Below are positions 37,937 to 48,946 of a stretch of 64,000 nucleotides of DNA, one piece after another. Under the pieces are notes generated by a model. It saw nothing but the letters and a program-made list of their open reading frames with translations, did not search any database and had not been told where the DNA came from. The translations under genes and the position numbers were made by a program. The stretch comes from a virus: the IMG/VR virus record IMGVR_UViG_3300033143_006513; one strand, given 5' to 3'. How positions within the stretch are numbered: position 1 is the first letter of the stretch; each line of letters begins with the position of its first letter.

Positions 37937-40900
37937 TTATCTTATTACTTTTCCATCTTTATCATAAAAATTAAAAACAGTTGGTTTTGCTGGATCTTCT
38001 ATCCAATCAGAAACATCTGTTATATCTGGATATCCAAACATTCCATGATCAACATGTGTTACAAATAATATGTTATAAGGAATTATAAAATCATCAAAAC
38101 TACGAGCATCAATCGAAACTCCACATTTGTTTTTTAACAACTCTTTACAATTACGCTGTATCTTATCTGAAACATTTTTCGCTAATATATCTAAATCATT
38201 TTTATATATATCTAAACAACTTTTACAACAAAAAGCCTTCATTAATGGGGCACCATTGCACGCACAACAAGAATAACCGGCATAAAAAGAATCTGGGTAT
38301 AAATCTAACTTATGTCCCGGTGCTATCCACTGTGGGATAGCAACATAACCAAAAGTTTTATATAAATCAGGAACTAAACTCATATCAAAATTAACAACTG
38401 CTCCAGAACCCTCATCAATTATTCTACTTTTTAAACAAAACCTAATAGAACCTGTTGGATAATGCATTAACTTAAATACATCCTTTTCTACGGGCAAAAC
38501 AACTTGATCTAACACCTTTTGTTCGTTTTCGCTATATTCAACATCCTGTAACCCTTCAACTAACTCACCACCATATCCCTCTTTAAATTTCATATCTTTA
38601 TCTTCCGAAAGCCCTAATCCTAACTTGTGTACAAAACCAAATGGCATGGCATAAAAAATAGCATCATCAACCATTAGTTTATCATTCAAATTTTCATTAT
38701 ATAAATCAATACCTTTAGTAGTACCACCAATAACCTCCTGTATACTACTCGAATATGTTATAGCTTTTAATGAACTGACTTTGTTAAATGTAACTTCGCA
38801 TAGCGTTCCACCAGTGAATCTTCCATATTTTACGTCAACAAATAAATCACTATATGCATTACAAAGAAAAGTAACATACCTAAAAACAAGTCTATATTTA
38901 GTACCGCCATATTTTACTTTATTATAATTACTATACGGAAAAAATTTTAATGTATAATGATATTTTCCATTGTCTTCTATGTTTTCATTAGAGCTATCGA
39001 ACTCTGGATATGCTATTAAATTTCCAACAGCATAATACTCCTCAGAAGTTTCCAAAGCTAAATAACCAACGATTGTTTCGTACTCATATTTATTAGATAA
39101 AAAAATACTACCTTCTAAACTTATAATAAAACAGGCATTATCTAATTCTATATACGCTGCTGGGTGTTGTTCGGAATAACCTTGATCAACACACATACAA
39201 AAATCTTGAATAGCTGCATCCCCTCTATTTACAAAAAACTCAGAAGTATTTAAACCCTGTAACCAGCACCTTTTAGTATTAGATGTATAAGGTAAAATCA
39301 TATCACTAACATCCATATAAAAGCCTCTGTTAATTTTATATTTTGTAGTTCCTTTTTTTATTACATCGTAATCACTAAGCGACAGATCATCATCTTCATC
39401 TTTTTGAACTAACTTGCCCGGTTTATAACTATCATCATAGCATAAATAAGGTTTTTGTAAGTCTGATATTTGGGTTTCTACTTCTCCTTCACCATTTACA
39501 ACACTTTCTTCAGATTCAATATAAAACATCCAAGGAAAATTCGACTTACCTGGTTCTCCTTCTTTAACTCTAATATCTAATGTACAATGCTCTTGGGGCG
39601 GACAACACCCCAACCCTGTTATTATCAATGTCACGCAGTCATATTGCAAGTATCCATTATTATAAAGTAAAGGTTCATATTCTATTTCAATTTCTTCACC
39701 AAAAGGAAAAGGATCAATAACAACACCCATATCATCTATTATTGGTTCAGCTATAGATATAATACATCCATAATTACTATAATAAATATATTTATCAGCA
39801 GTATCAACACTTGTATCATATATAAGAGTAAAAGCAGGCCCAGATTCAATAGGTAAATCATTACCAAACGTAGTTATTGTAATTCCATCTTCACTTCCAT
39901 CTTTATATTTATAATACCCGTCTTCATCTTCAACCTCTTCATACTGAACAAGATCTCTAAAACAAACAGCGTCTCGTGTCTCTAAAGTAATACTATCATC
40001 CTCTGTAAAACTTATTATAGATTTAAATAAACTAAAATCATCGGTAACAAAAACAGGATTCTTTTCTGGTAAATACCCATATTTAAAATCATTAGCAAAC
40101 ACAACATCGTCATCAGTATAACCTGACAATTTATAAACATAATTGTCGTCTCTATTAGAATCTTCATTATCTGTTTCTTCAGTGTTTACACCGCTTAATG
40201 TAGCAAACGGAACTGGCCCATAATTAGTAGAAAAATAACACATTCTAAAAAACTTTCCTAAACCACCAAAAACAGGCAAAGCAGAAACATTATTAACTTC
40301 TTTTTCTTCATCAAAAATAAAATATGACTTTTTTAAACCATCATACGTTTCAAACATACGTAAAGCGCCATCACCATAAAAAAAAGGTTTAGATTTCATT
40401 GAAGCACCCAAAAAAACGTAATCATAAGATTGTTCCCAAGCTGAAGCAAAATGATAGTATAACGGTGCTGTTTTTAAATTTGTTATAGCATAATGGTCTG
40501 CTGAAACAAAAGATGGTGAACAACAATCTGAATTTTTATCAATAAATATTGAACCTATAAAATCCCTACCATCTGGGTGATTATTAATATACTCATTTAA
40601 ACATATTTTCATTAAATCTGGACCATCGGTTTCACACTTAATCTCGTTATAATTTTCCCAAAATTCAAAATTAGATTCCACCCAAGGTATAGTATTTCCT
40701 TCTGCAATAGGGTTATAGGGAGCAGTCGCTCTACACCCAATAGACACGTAAGGAACATCTCTATTAAGCCAATCATACGCAAATAATATAGTGTTACAGG
40801 AATATGGCATATAAGCCAAGCGTTTACAGAAAAGACCAGGAAAAAATACAGAGTTATCCACAATCATTTCTGCATCTGTTGTCATAGGTACCACCATAGG

Positions 40901-43900
40901 TAAAAGAGTGTTTTCTATAGGACCATAAGCCTCTTCTCCTTTATTTTTATAATCATACATACATTTACACCCAGGTAAATAAGTATAAATATGATGATAC
41001 GGGTATAAACACTGATATATAAAACTAGAATCACCTCCACGCATACGCTCATAACCACATATATATTTATTTTTATTATAATTATAAGGCAACATTGGGG
41101 GGATGTCTAATAAACAATTATAAAGTATAGACCTCTTTACGCCCGATTCTGGCTGATCACCTTTAGTAATAGTAAGTCCTGTTTTTCCAACTTTAAAATT
41201 GTTATATTCACTTATATCTAAAAAAACGCACTCCTCCACTCCTTCAACGTTTTCCAATGTTCCAGAAATAACTGGGCCTATAATAAACTCACGGGGTTTA
41301 ACAATAACTAAAGAATCATTATCCCCATCTTTATAAATTACAGGTATAAATCTCCATGGAACAGAGGCATTTGATGCTAAATACGTAGGAGCAATTTCAT
41401 TGGTAGTTGTAGATTGACCTTCATAATACCTTAATATATCTGCGCTATAAAAAGATGATACATATCTATACGGGTTTATAGAACCAAAATAATCATCTAT
41501 AAACAAATACTTAAAGTCGCTGAATTCCGTGTCATCACTGTTATAGGGTTTAAAAATTAAATCAGTACAACTAAAACCTCTAATATATCTCCTATGACTA
41601 TTGCCACCCTCATCTGTAAAGTGTCTAACCTCTGGATAATCAGCAAATTCGTTATATCTAGCTACCTCACAAGCTCTAAATGGAAACCACATAGGTCCCA
41701 CAAACCTTGAACACGGCCTTGCTTTCCTCATACTCACACCGTATTTATCATAATCGCCTGTATAATAAATTCCATTAAACTCTCTGGCTTCATCCCGAGG
41801 ATCTACCATAGGTGTTGATAACGGATGATCTGCCACCCTATCATACAAATAAGGAGTTGTATTTCCTAAGACAAAATCGTGATCCCCGCAATAACTGGAA
41901 TAAACATAATCAATTGATTCTAATTCTATATATAAAATAGATTTCCCTCTTGTAAAACCTGTAGTCAATCCTTCTTTTTCTGGGGCTTTGCTTATTTTAC
42001 TTTCATCGTTCTTTTCAGTAGGTATTAAGGTTTTATAGATATCTAAAAAAATATTATTATCCTTTCGTATTCTTTCGTAATACGTAGTGCGCCCATATGT
42101 ATCCATTGTTTGCTTATATTTTAACCACCAATTAGATGTAAACAAAAACCCATAGTCCTTAGATGCTGTTCTATTGTCTGTATCGGCCCCTTCATCTCTA
42201 TATTTATCCTCTCTATAATCTTTATGAACTATTACATAAAAAGGATTGATAAAAAAATCTAAATTTTCACTATCAACAAGTTTAGTGAAAGGGTTTAATC
42301 CAGTATCATACGAATAAGTATAGACATTACATTTTGATTTCCATTTGTACTGTATCTCAGGATCAGGCAACCCAACCTGCGATACTATCACTGGTATTCT
42401 TTTTAATATTGGTATTATACTTTGTTTATATTTTATAAAAAACAAATAATCTTGTACAAATTTACTGATACCCATAATATAAAAATAAAATATTTTGTCA
42501 AACTCAGATTCAAAATTCTCCATAATTAATTTATCAAAAATAGATTCTTCTGTTTCTTCTGGATATTTATTATTTAAATCAAGTTTATTTTCATTAAATC
42601 CACATATAGGTAATCCAAAACACCTATGTGTATCAAGAACATGTGTAAGATTATGTTTTACTTCTACAGTATTTTTTACATCTTCTGTATATGTTTCTGA
42701 TTCTTTCTCTCCAAGTAAAAAATCAACTGAAAAGGGTTCATAAAATTTATTGTTTATATATGATCTTACAGTTGTTTCATATAAGTATCTAAAATCGTAG
42801 GATTGCTGACCAGGTTCTTGGCTTGTGCTTTCTTCTGGCTTTTCTTTTTCCTTTAATTGTTTTAATATATGAAAATCAGACACACTATCACTAAATAATT
42901 CCATATATGGATATTTTAATTTTTGTTTTTCTATACTTTCATATGTAACATCTTTCTCTTCTTGTGACATATTTAAATCTTCAACACTTAATAAGGGCAT
43001 TTCCCCGCGAAGAATTTTTTGGATATCAGAATTCTCGTAATCTGGCTGATCCTGTGTTTCTTCCTCTTCTCCCCCTTCCCCCTCATCATCTTCTTTTTTA
43101 GCAAGATCTTCAAAAAGAAATTTAAAACTTAAATAAGAAAAATAAAAATAAGAAACAGTTTTTATATCTGCTTGTTTATATACAGCACCTGTTCCCTCAT
43201 CTGTTTCCAAATCACAATTTATTTGAACATAATAAGGCTCATCAAATGGGTTTTCAAGAAGCTCAGATAAAGATATATCTGTTGTTTGTCCTCCTTCATC
43301 ATCCTCGTCCTCTTCTGGTTTAATTATAACAGGATTTTCGCATGTCCCCAACCCGCCCGATAAATCTTTGATACTAAATTGTTCTATACTATCACATTTA
43401 TTAGGTATAAATAATTTTCCATCTTCACAATCTTCTTGTTCTGGAAAATATTCTACTTTTTCACCTTTAACAACTGTAAATTTTAATTTAACAGTATCTC
43501 CAAAAGCAGCACCGTTTTCTTTTATATCAGGAACTAAAATAACAACACCTGTTGAAAGAGATTTTAATAACACGACAGGAATACTCTCACTTGTTTCGTC
43601 GCTTTGTGGTGAAGTTCTATCTGGATTTGGCTGTTCTTGAACACTTGTTTCACCAGCAATCAAACCACTCGATGATTTTTTTACTACAAAAGAAAAATCA
43701 GGATCAACATCGTAATATTCCAACATAGGATGATATGCTTGATATTTTGTTACATACTTATACGAGTTATAGGTACAGTCCTTAATATAAAAAGGAAATA
43801 CAAGACTATTTAAATCAAATATTATTACATTTTTGAAAATTATTACCTTTCCAAGTTCAAATTCTTTTTCAGATTCATTAAAATCTAGCTCAAGTTCATA

Positions 43901-45220
43901 TACTTTATCATCGTCTTTGCTTAATTTCCATAAATATTTTTTTGTTGTTTCATCAGAATGATACCAAGGCAGCGGTAACGCTGTAGTTGTTATTTCTTTA
44001 TCATCTAACTCACTACTTTCACCTTCTCCAAAAAGAGAAACTTCAGCACCAAAAGTCAAATCTTGCCCCTTATAATCCGCATGTATTTTTGGGCATTCCT
44101 CTTTGATATTGTTTTTATAAGAAACGTCTAATGTATAATCTGTAGCTAAATCATATATATTATTTGAAGCAAAATTAATATCACAATAAAATATATCTAA
44201 ATGTAAGTTAATAACTTTAGATATATCAAACATACCTATAGAAACTTTATCTAAATCAAACGTATCTTCGTTGAATATTATTTTATTTTCAGAATATACT
44301 ATTATACATTTAGATAAATCATATTTAGAATATAACGTAGCTAAACTTACACCGAAACCTACCTTATCACATTCTACTATAAGGTCGCTGTTTTGTTTTT
44401 CCCACAACTTAGCAAATACTTGTTTAAAAAACCAAGCTAAACTTTGAACATCATTACCGTTTCTTAATACATTACCTGCCCCATCCCTTCTTACAAAATC
44501 CCCAGTCTTAAAAAAATTATCTATAACTGCAACTGCATCTTCAGAAAGATCAAGTTCAGAAATATAAATAACATAAGTGTATCCATTACCAGGAACATCT
44601 AACAAAACTGATACACTGTCGCTTTGATAAATTGTATTTTCAATATCCAACGGATAAATTATACGCGGAAAAAGAAGTTTAAAAAACCCATCTGTAACAA
44701 AATTAAGATAATCACTATATTCAAGAGACTCTGGATGATAAGGCAAAGAAACAACTTCATCGTCCTCAATAAAAACACGCCTTGGTAATACGATTCTGTT
44801 ATTAAAACCATCTCTATACTCACCCCAAGACGATGAAACACCTTCTTCGATTGCAAACTTATTAACTACTTCATACGAACATTCATGTTTTAAATAAGCC
44901 TGAAACAACTCAATAACATGTTGTGCTAAAACTAATTTTCCATCTTTTACATATTTTTTTACTAAATACTTAAACTTACATGTATAATATTCACATCTTA
45001 CTTTAGCACCTACACAGGGTGTTTTTTTATCCTCTCCTTGGTTTTTTGGATCATCACCTTCATAAACATCAGCTTCTATTTTACATTTGCCCCCAAAATA
45101 AAATAAACAAGGACATACTCTAGCCATTGCTGTTTCAAGAAGACTCTCTCCAAGCTGAGAATCATATAACTTTCCAAAAAATAAACCAGAATATCCATGA
45201 ACACTATATGGATCTGCCAT
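37937..45220 (-). CDS. giant Cys-rich, acidic virion protein (possible baseplate/hub component)
   Basis: 2427-aa ORF in the structural block; Cys clusters at both ends (CPCLF..GKC..C....CEYYTC; SCCACNG...FCCKSC) and acidic linkers; no domain recognised. Confidence 0.5.
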   Translation of the reverse strand: MADPYSVHGYSGLFFGKLYDSQLGESLLETAMARVCPCLFYFGGKCKIEADVYEGDDPKNQGEDKKTPCVGAKVRCEYYTCKFKYLVKKYVKDGKLVLAQHVIELFQAYLKHECSYEVVNKFAIEEGVSSSWGEYRDGFNNRIVLPRRVFIEDDEVVSLPYHPESLEYSDYLNFVTDGFFKLLFPRIIYPLDIENTIYQSDSVSVLLDVPGNGYTYVIYISELDLSEDAVAVIDNFFKTGDFVRRDGAGNVLRNGNDVQSLAWFFKQVFAKLWEKQNSDLIVECDKVGFGVSLATLYSKYDLSKCIIVYSENKIIFNEDTFDLDKVSIGMFDISKVINLHLDIFYCDINFASNNIYDLATDYTLDVSYKNNIKEECPKIHADYKGQDLTFGAEVSLFGEGESSELDDKEITTTALPLPWYHSDETTKKYLWKLSKDDDKVYELELDFNESEKEFELGKVIIFKNVIIFDLNSLVFPFYIKDCTYNSYKYVTKYQAYHPMLEYYDVDPDFSFVVKKSSSGLIAGETSVQEQPNPDRTSPQSDETSESIPVVLLKSLSTGVVILVPDIKENGAAFGDTVKLKFTVVKGEKVEYFPEQEDCEDGKLFIPNKCDSIEQFSIKDLSGGLGTCENPVIIKPEEDEDDEGGQTTDISLSELLENPFDEPYYVQINCDLETDEGTGAVYKQADIKTVSYFYFSYLSFKFLFEDLAKKEDDEGEGGEEEETQDQPDYENSDIQKILRGEMPLLSVEDLNMSQEEKDVTYESIEKQKLKYPYMELFSDSVSDFHILKQLKEKEKPEESTSQEPGQQSYDFRYLYETTVRSYINNKFYEPFSVDFLLGEKESETYTEDVKNTVEVKHNLTHVLDTHRCFGLPICGFNENKLDLNNKYPEETEESIFDKLIMENFESEFDKIFYFYIMGISKFVQDYLFFIKYKQSIIPILKRIPVIVSQVGLPDPEIQYKWKSKCNVYTYSYDTGLNPFTKLVDSENLDFFINPFYVIVHKDYREDKYRDEGADTDNRTASKDYGFLFTSNWWLKYKQTMDTYGRTTYYERIRKDNNIFLDIYKTLIPTEKNDESKISKAPEKEGLTTGFTRGKSILYIELESIDYVYSSYCGDHDFVLGNTTPYLYDRVADHPLSTPMVDPRDEAREFNGIYYTGDYDKYGVSMRKARPCSRFVGPMWFPFRACEVARYNEFADYPEVRHFTDEGGNSHRRYIRGFSCTDLIFKPYNSDDTEFSDFKYLFIDDYFGSINPYRYVSSFYSADILRYYEGQSTTTNEIAPTYLASNASVPWRFIPVIYKDGDNDSLVIVKPREFIIGPVISGTLENVEGVEECVFLDISEYNNFKVGKTGLTITKGDQPESGVKRSILYNCLLDIPPMLPYNYNKNKYICGYERMRGGDSSFIYQCLYPYHHIYTYLPGCKCMYDYKNKGEEAYGPIENTLLPMVVPMTTDAEMIVDNSVFFPGLFCKRLAYMPYSCNTILFAYDWLNRDVPYVSIGCRATAPYNPIAEGNTIPWVESNFEFWENYNEIKCETDGPDLMKICLNEYINNHPDGRDFIGSIFIDKNSDCCSPSFVSADHYAITNLKTAPLYYHFASAWEQSYDYVFLGASMKSKPFFYGDGALRMFETYDGLKKSYFIFDEEKEVNNVSALPVFGGLGKFFRMCYFSTNYGPVPFATLSGVNTEETDNEDSNRDDNYVYKLSGYTDDDVVFANDFKYGYLPEKNPVFVTDDFSLFKSIISFTEDDSITLETRDAVCFRDLVQYEEVEDEDGYYKYKDGSEDGITITTFGNDLPIESGPAFTLIYDTSVDTADKYIYYSNYGCIISIAEPIIDDMGVVIDPFPFGEEIEIEYEPLLYNNGYLQYDCVTLIITGLGCCPPQEHCTLDIRVKEGEPGKSNFPWMFYIESEESVVNGEGEVETQISDLQKPYLCYDDSYKPGKLVQKDEDDDLSLSDYDVIKKGTTKYKINRGFYMDVSDMILPYTSNTKRCWLQGLNTSEFFVNRGDAAIQDFCMCVDQGYSEQHPAAYIELDNACFIISLEGSIFLSNKYEYETIVGYLALETSEEYYAVGNLIAYPEFDSSNENIEDNGKYHYTLKFFPYSNYNKVKYGGTKYRLVFRYVTFLCNAYSDLFVDVKYGRFTGGTLCEVTFNKVSSLKAITYSSSIQEVIGGTTKGIDLYNENLNDKLMVDDAIFYAMPFGFVHKLGLGLSEDKDMKFKEGYGGELVEGLQDVEYSENEQKVLDQVVLPVEKDVFKLMHYPTGSIRFCLKSRIIDEGSGAVVNFDMSLVPDLYKTFGYVAIPQWIAPGHKLDLYPDSFYAGYSCCACNGAPLMKAFCCKSCLDIYKNDLDILAKNVSDKIQRNCKELLKNKCGVSIDARSFDDFIIPYNILFVTHVDHGMFGYPDITDVSDWIEDPAKPTVFNFYDKDGKVIR

Positions 45221-45222
45221 AA

Positions 45223-45540
45223 CTAATCCAATACTCGCATAAACATGTTGCCTGTGAATTCATCTACAACATATTCTATTTTATTACTTCCTTCATAGTA
45301 ACCTATCATTCTTTGTTCAATTATTGCTTCTTTTTCTCCTGGAGATATTGAAGCTCTTTTTTTCTGTATATAGGCGTCTTTATTAGATACAGTCCATTTT
45401 CTACCCTCAAATATTAATGTTAAAGATTTTATTTCTTTTTTTGGAACATCTTGCCAAGCGGTATCACATTCCCACAACAGTGTCCCATCTTTAAGTTCTG
45501 CTATCCAACCTCGCCGCATCTTTCCGTTTGGGGTGGCCAT
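45223..45540 (-). CDS. small hypothetical protein (105 aa)
   Basis: GGAGA RBS before ATG; stop 2 nt before the next ATG; weak similarity to ORF 55151-55585. Confidence 0.75.
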   Translation of the reverse strand: MATPNGKMRRGWIAELKDGTLLWECDTAWQDVPKKEIKSLTLIFEGRKWTVSNKDAYIQKKRASISPGEKEAIIEQRMIGYYEGSNKIEYVVDEFTGNMFMRVLD

Positions 45541-45597
45541 TTATATATCTCCAAATCTATATGTTTTATTGTTTCTATATTAGAATTAGTAGACAAA

Positions 45598-47292
45598 TTA
45601 GATAATTTCTTTTGATTTTAACACAAACCTGTAAGTACCGCAATCAAAAATTCTATCAAAACCATTTTCTATCATATTCTGATACTCTGTCAAACAAGGA
45701 TTAAACGTATCTAATAATTTATTTAATTCCGATTTTCTAAATTTAAATCTGTGTCTCAAAGTAATGTTACCATTTTTAAAATACCAATAACAAGGTCTCG
45801 TAGTATTCGTTAATTTAAAACCAAGACTTTTATAAAATGTTTTATTAGAATATCGTCTATCAGCAAAAGTAAATAAACTATCAAACAAGTAATTATTCTT
45901 AAAATACGCTAAAAATTTAGACGCTATCCCTGGTATATTGTAATTCATTATTGTAGCAAACCTCAATAACTCGAACTCCATAAAGCTACTACCTCCTTTT
46001 CTTCCCTTTGCTATACTTGGTTTAGAAAATGTCATTACAGCAACTAACTCTTCTTTGTAATAAGCCCCTAACTTTAAACTTGAAGGAGAGTTACCCTGCC
46101 TATGGTTTTTATTAAGAAACGTAAAACTTTCTTTTGATGTGATCTCTTTTATTATTGTTTGTCTAGCTCCGCAATATTTTTTTAACTTACCTAATTTGGC
46201 TTTGATAATAGATTTTATAATATCCTCTTTCTGCACCCACTCGTTTTCAAAAATATGAATTAGTTGAACACCTTTACTCTCACATGTTATTGTTTTGTTT
46301 AAATGATAATTTATATCTTTCCCCATTTGTTCTGAATGCCAAAATATACCATCAAACTCTATTGCTAACTTGTAATCAGGTAAGAAAAAATCAAGTTCAA
46401 GCGGACTAATAATCTGTTTAGTGTTCTGAATTATATTGGTTATATTTAATTCTTGTAAAAATTCTAATATTTCTTGTTCATAACGAGAAGTTCCACTTCT
46501 ACTTTTATAAACTATTTCTAAATTTTTTAAACGAGCATAACAACTGCTCTCATTAATATTAAAAAATTCCATCATTTTTTTAACTTTAACATGCTTTTCG
46601 TCTGTTAAAAAATTTTCTTTGTTAAATTCCACATCATCCCATTTATCAAAATTAGTAATATGAGCCTGTATCAAATACTCTGTTCCATATTTATCTATAT
46701 TTATTTGTTTAATTTTATTTTTTACTAATTCTGATTGAAACGGATTTATAACATTATATCTTTCTAAATTTGTTTGTTTGATTTTTTCTCTTACTATCTC
46801 GGACTGATTTGGGTTATTAACTCCATAATTATTTAAACTCGTTTGCCTCTTTTTTTCCAATATTACAGTAGACTGGCTTGGGTTTTCTACACCATGGTTT
46901 TTCATACAAGTTTGTTTCTTCTTTTCTTTTACAATATTTGATTGTGATGGATTTTCTACACCATGGTTTTTCATACAAGTTTGTTTTTGTTTACTCTTTA
47001 ACACATTCAACTTCATTGGGTTTTCTACACTATATTTTTTCAAAAAAGTTTGTTTAATTTTTTTCTTAACTTTATCAGACGTGCCAGCACATGTGTAAGA
47101 ACAATATAAATGATAACCGCCACCTAAACCTTTAAATCTGGTTTTTTTTCCACATTCTGGACATATACCTTCGCCTTCTTTTTTTAAAAATCTATCATAG
47201 TATTCTTTCGAACTTATTTTATGAACCTTAATATGGAAAGACAAGCCACGAAAAGTTGTACACTCTTTTCCACAAATCTTGCATTCAATCAT
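45598..47292 (-). CDS. Hef-like homing endonuclease with N-terminal zinc fingers and 23-aa K.T...YGVENP.Q repeats
   Basis: C2H2-like CKIC...H...H and CPEC; six 23-aa repeats; ELDFFLPDYKLAIEFDGIFWHS...IHIFENEW nuclease; Hef-type C-terminal GAR.T.IKE...FLNKNHRQG...ELLRFA...ADRRYS...RIFDCG; GAGGGT RBS 8 nt upstream. Confidence 0.85.
   Translation of the reverse strand: MIECKICGKECTTFRGLSFHIKVHKISSKEYYDRFLKKEGEGICPECGKKTRFKGLGGGYHLYCSYTCAGTSDKVKKKIKQTFLKKYSVENPMKLNVLKSKQKQTCMKNHGVENPSQSNIVKEKKKQTCMKNHGVENPSQSTVILEKKRQTSLNNYGVNNPNQSEIVREKIKQTNLERYNVINPFQSELVKNKIKQINIDKYGTEYLIQAHITNFDKWDDVEFNKENFLTDEKHVKVKKMMEFFNINESSCYARLKNLEIVYKSRSGTSRYEQEILEFLQELNITNIIQNTKQIISPLELDFFLPDYKLAIEFDGIFWHSEQMGKDINYHLNKTITCESKGVQLIHIFENEWVQKEDIIKSIIKAKLGKLKKYCGARQTIIKEITSKESFTFLNKNHRQGNSPSSLKLGAYYKEELVAVMTFSKPSIAKGRKGGSSFMEFELLRFATIMNYNIPGIASKFLAYFKNNYLFDSLFTFADRRYSNKTFYKSLGFKLTNTTRPCYWYFKNGNITLRHRFKFRKSELNKLLDTFNPCLTEYQNMIENGFDRIFDCGTYRFVLKSKEII
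46666..47055 (-). repeat. six 69-nt (23-aa) tandem repeats inside the Hef-like endonuclease
   Basis: KQTCMKNHGVENPSQS occurs twice; exact 35-nt DNA repeat ttttctacaccatggtttttcatacaagtttgttt at 46883-46917 and 46952-46986. Confidence 0.9.
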
Positions 47293-47324
47293 ATATTTAT
47301 ACCCTCTTAACTATATATGCAATT

Positions 47325-47352
47325 ATCATACCAAAAAACCCGAAAGTGCTAA
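47325..47352 (-). promoter_or_regulatory. candidate sigma70-like promoter for the Hef-like gene, overlapping the terminator hairpin
   Basis: Minus strand TTAGCA-16 nt-TATGAT with TG-n extension (TGG TATGAT), ~24 nt upstream of the RBS; weak evidence in AT-rich DNA. Confidence 0.35.
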
Positions 47353-47365
47353 ACTTCCGGGTTTT
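47333..47365 (-). terminator. intrinsic (rho-independent) terminator
   Basis: Minus strand CCCGGAAGT-TTAGC-ACTTTCGGG (9-bp stem with one G-U pair) followed by TTTTTT, ~35 nt after the stop of ORF 47399-48946. Confidence 0.85.
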
Positions 47366-47398
47366 ATTGTTCACAATATTTATAGATAAAACACGTAA

Positions 47399-48946
47399 CT
47401 AGCTATAATCAAAATAGATCCTGTGGTTTATTGAAGAATTTGAACCTGTTTCATCCGCACCAAGATGAATGCAAACAAATATAAAATCACTAACTAAAGC
47501 ACCATTATAATTACCGATAATTTCTGAATCATCTGCCGTCGCGACAACAGTTAAATTGGCTTTATTCCAATGTAAATAGTTTGGAAGTGTTCCGCTAAGA
47601 TCAAGAGCAGTAACGTTAGTTCTCCACTCCTTACCTATTGTAGGATCTCCGCCTGCTGCATTTTTTGCACCAACTGTTCCAAATCTAAAATAAGTATCAC
47701 CACCTCCACCGTGATAGCTAAATGAGCCGTGATTTTGTAATCCAAATTTTATAGCATTCATCATCACAGCCCCGCCCATAATCTCAAACACAACACATTT
47801 AACTGATGATTCAGTAGTTACAGTTACATTACCATAATTCAAACTGGTTATACCATAATTTGATGGTTGTGGCCCTGTACATACTATTCTAAATTCGTCA
47901 CCTGCTTCTAAAGCATTAGATCCACCAACAAACTTTATATATGCCCCCCTTGTACCAACTCGTGTCCAAGACACATCAGAAGTTACTATTGGTGAACTAC
48001 ATTCATCTCCTCTATTAGAAGTCCAAACGTATTGTGCAGTACCTACAGCGCCTTGTGTACTACCATTCCCCACATCTACTGGTTTCGTACACACAATTGT
48101 CCAACTATCTGACATTCCAAATACTTTATCTTCCCATTTCACTTTAAGACCATGAGTACCAACATTATACCAATGATCAGAATACAATATTTCAACAGGA
48201 CCGCCAGAATCACTTGGACTACCTGTACTAGTCCAACTAAATTTTGGAACATTTTCTGTTCCACCACCCACTGTTAACCCGTTAGTACCATCAATAGTTA
48301 CCGTATAAGTATCATCTATAGAAGCGTTATACTGACCACCAGGAGTAAAAGTACCACCATATTCATTAGACCCACCAGGAGTAAGAGTACCAATTGTATC
48401 TTCTTTATTTATAATTATATGATATGTTTCGTCAAACATTCCTTCCCAAGTCCCTGACACAGATATTCCACCATTATGAAAATTACCACCACCTTTATAC
48501 GAATTACCAGCACCTTGTGTTGGTGTATTAGATGTAAACCCTAATGTACCAAAAGCACTATTAGTACCCGAAGTAACAGCTACACTAGAAGCCACTCCGA
48601 TATTTCCAGAATAAATATGAAATTTATTATTTTCCCACCAGCATGTTGCATGCGCCCAACTATTATCAGCCACCGCCCATTGTGAAGCATGCATTTTTTC
48701 AGTTATATCTTTAGCCACAAATCTAGCATCTAACTCTACACCAGAAGTAAGAATAATATCATGATAATCTTTTCCATCTATATCTAATCCTAATATATTA
48801 TTAGTCGGTCCTATAGTAAAATTATCACCAACTGAACTGTTAGCTTCGACTTTTCCTCTAGTTCCAACCCCACTTGTAGTTGCACCTATATATGTGGAAG
48901 TAGCAGTAGCCACTGAATATTCAACCCACCTTGTTTCGGCTGCCAT
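47399..48946 (-). CDS. virion structural protein (Gly/Thr/Ser-rich beta domains; N-domain shared with ORF 61678-62616)
   Basis: 515 aa; GGAGG RBS; FTIG..N.L...IDG...I.L.SG......VA.DI..K.A...KF.I.SG...SSV.V.SG..SA...LGF shared with the 312-aa ORF; ends IYFDYS. Confidence 0.6.
   Translation of the reverse strand: MAAETRWVEYSVATATSTYIGATTSGVGTRGKVEANSSVGDNFTIGPTNNILGLDIDGKDYHDIILTSGVELDARFVAKDITEKMHASQWAVADNSWAHATCWWENNKFHIYSGNIGVASSVAVTSGTNSAFGTLGFTSNTPTQGAGNSYKGGGNFHNGGISVSGTWEGMFDETYHIIINKEDTIGTLTPGGSNEYGGTFTPGGQYNASIDDTYTVTIDGTNGLTVGGGTENVPKFSWTSTGSPSDSGGPVEILYSDHWYNVGTHGLKVKWEDKVFGMSDSWTIVCTKPVDVGNGSTQGAVGTAQYVWTSNRGDECSSPIVTSDVSWTRVGTRGAYIKFVGGSNALEAGDEFRIVCTGPQPSNYGITSLNYGNVTVTTESSVKCVVFEIMGGAVMMNAIKFGLQNHGSFSYHGGGGDTYFRFGTVGAKNAAGGDPTIGKEWRTNVTALDLSGTLPNYLHWNKANLTVVATADDSEIIGNYNGALVSDFIFVCIHLGADETGSNSSINHRIYFDYS

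Noticed and set aside
46883-46986. 35-nt exact direct repeat as a CRISPR-like array
   Set aside because: Only two exact copies, at a 69-nt in-frame period inside a protein repeat region; no spacer array or cas genes.
47294-47384. T4-type late promoter TATAAATA (minus strand at 47377-47384 and 47294-47301)
   Set aside because: One copy precedes a terminator and the other lies between RBS and start codon; this 8-mer is expected often by chance in such AT-rich DNA.
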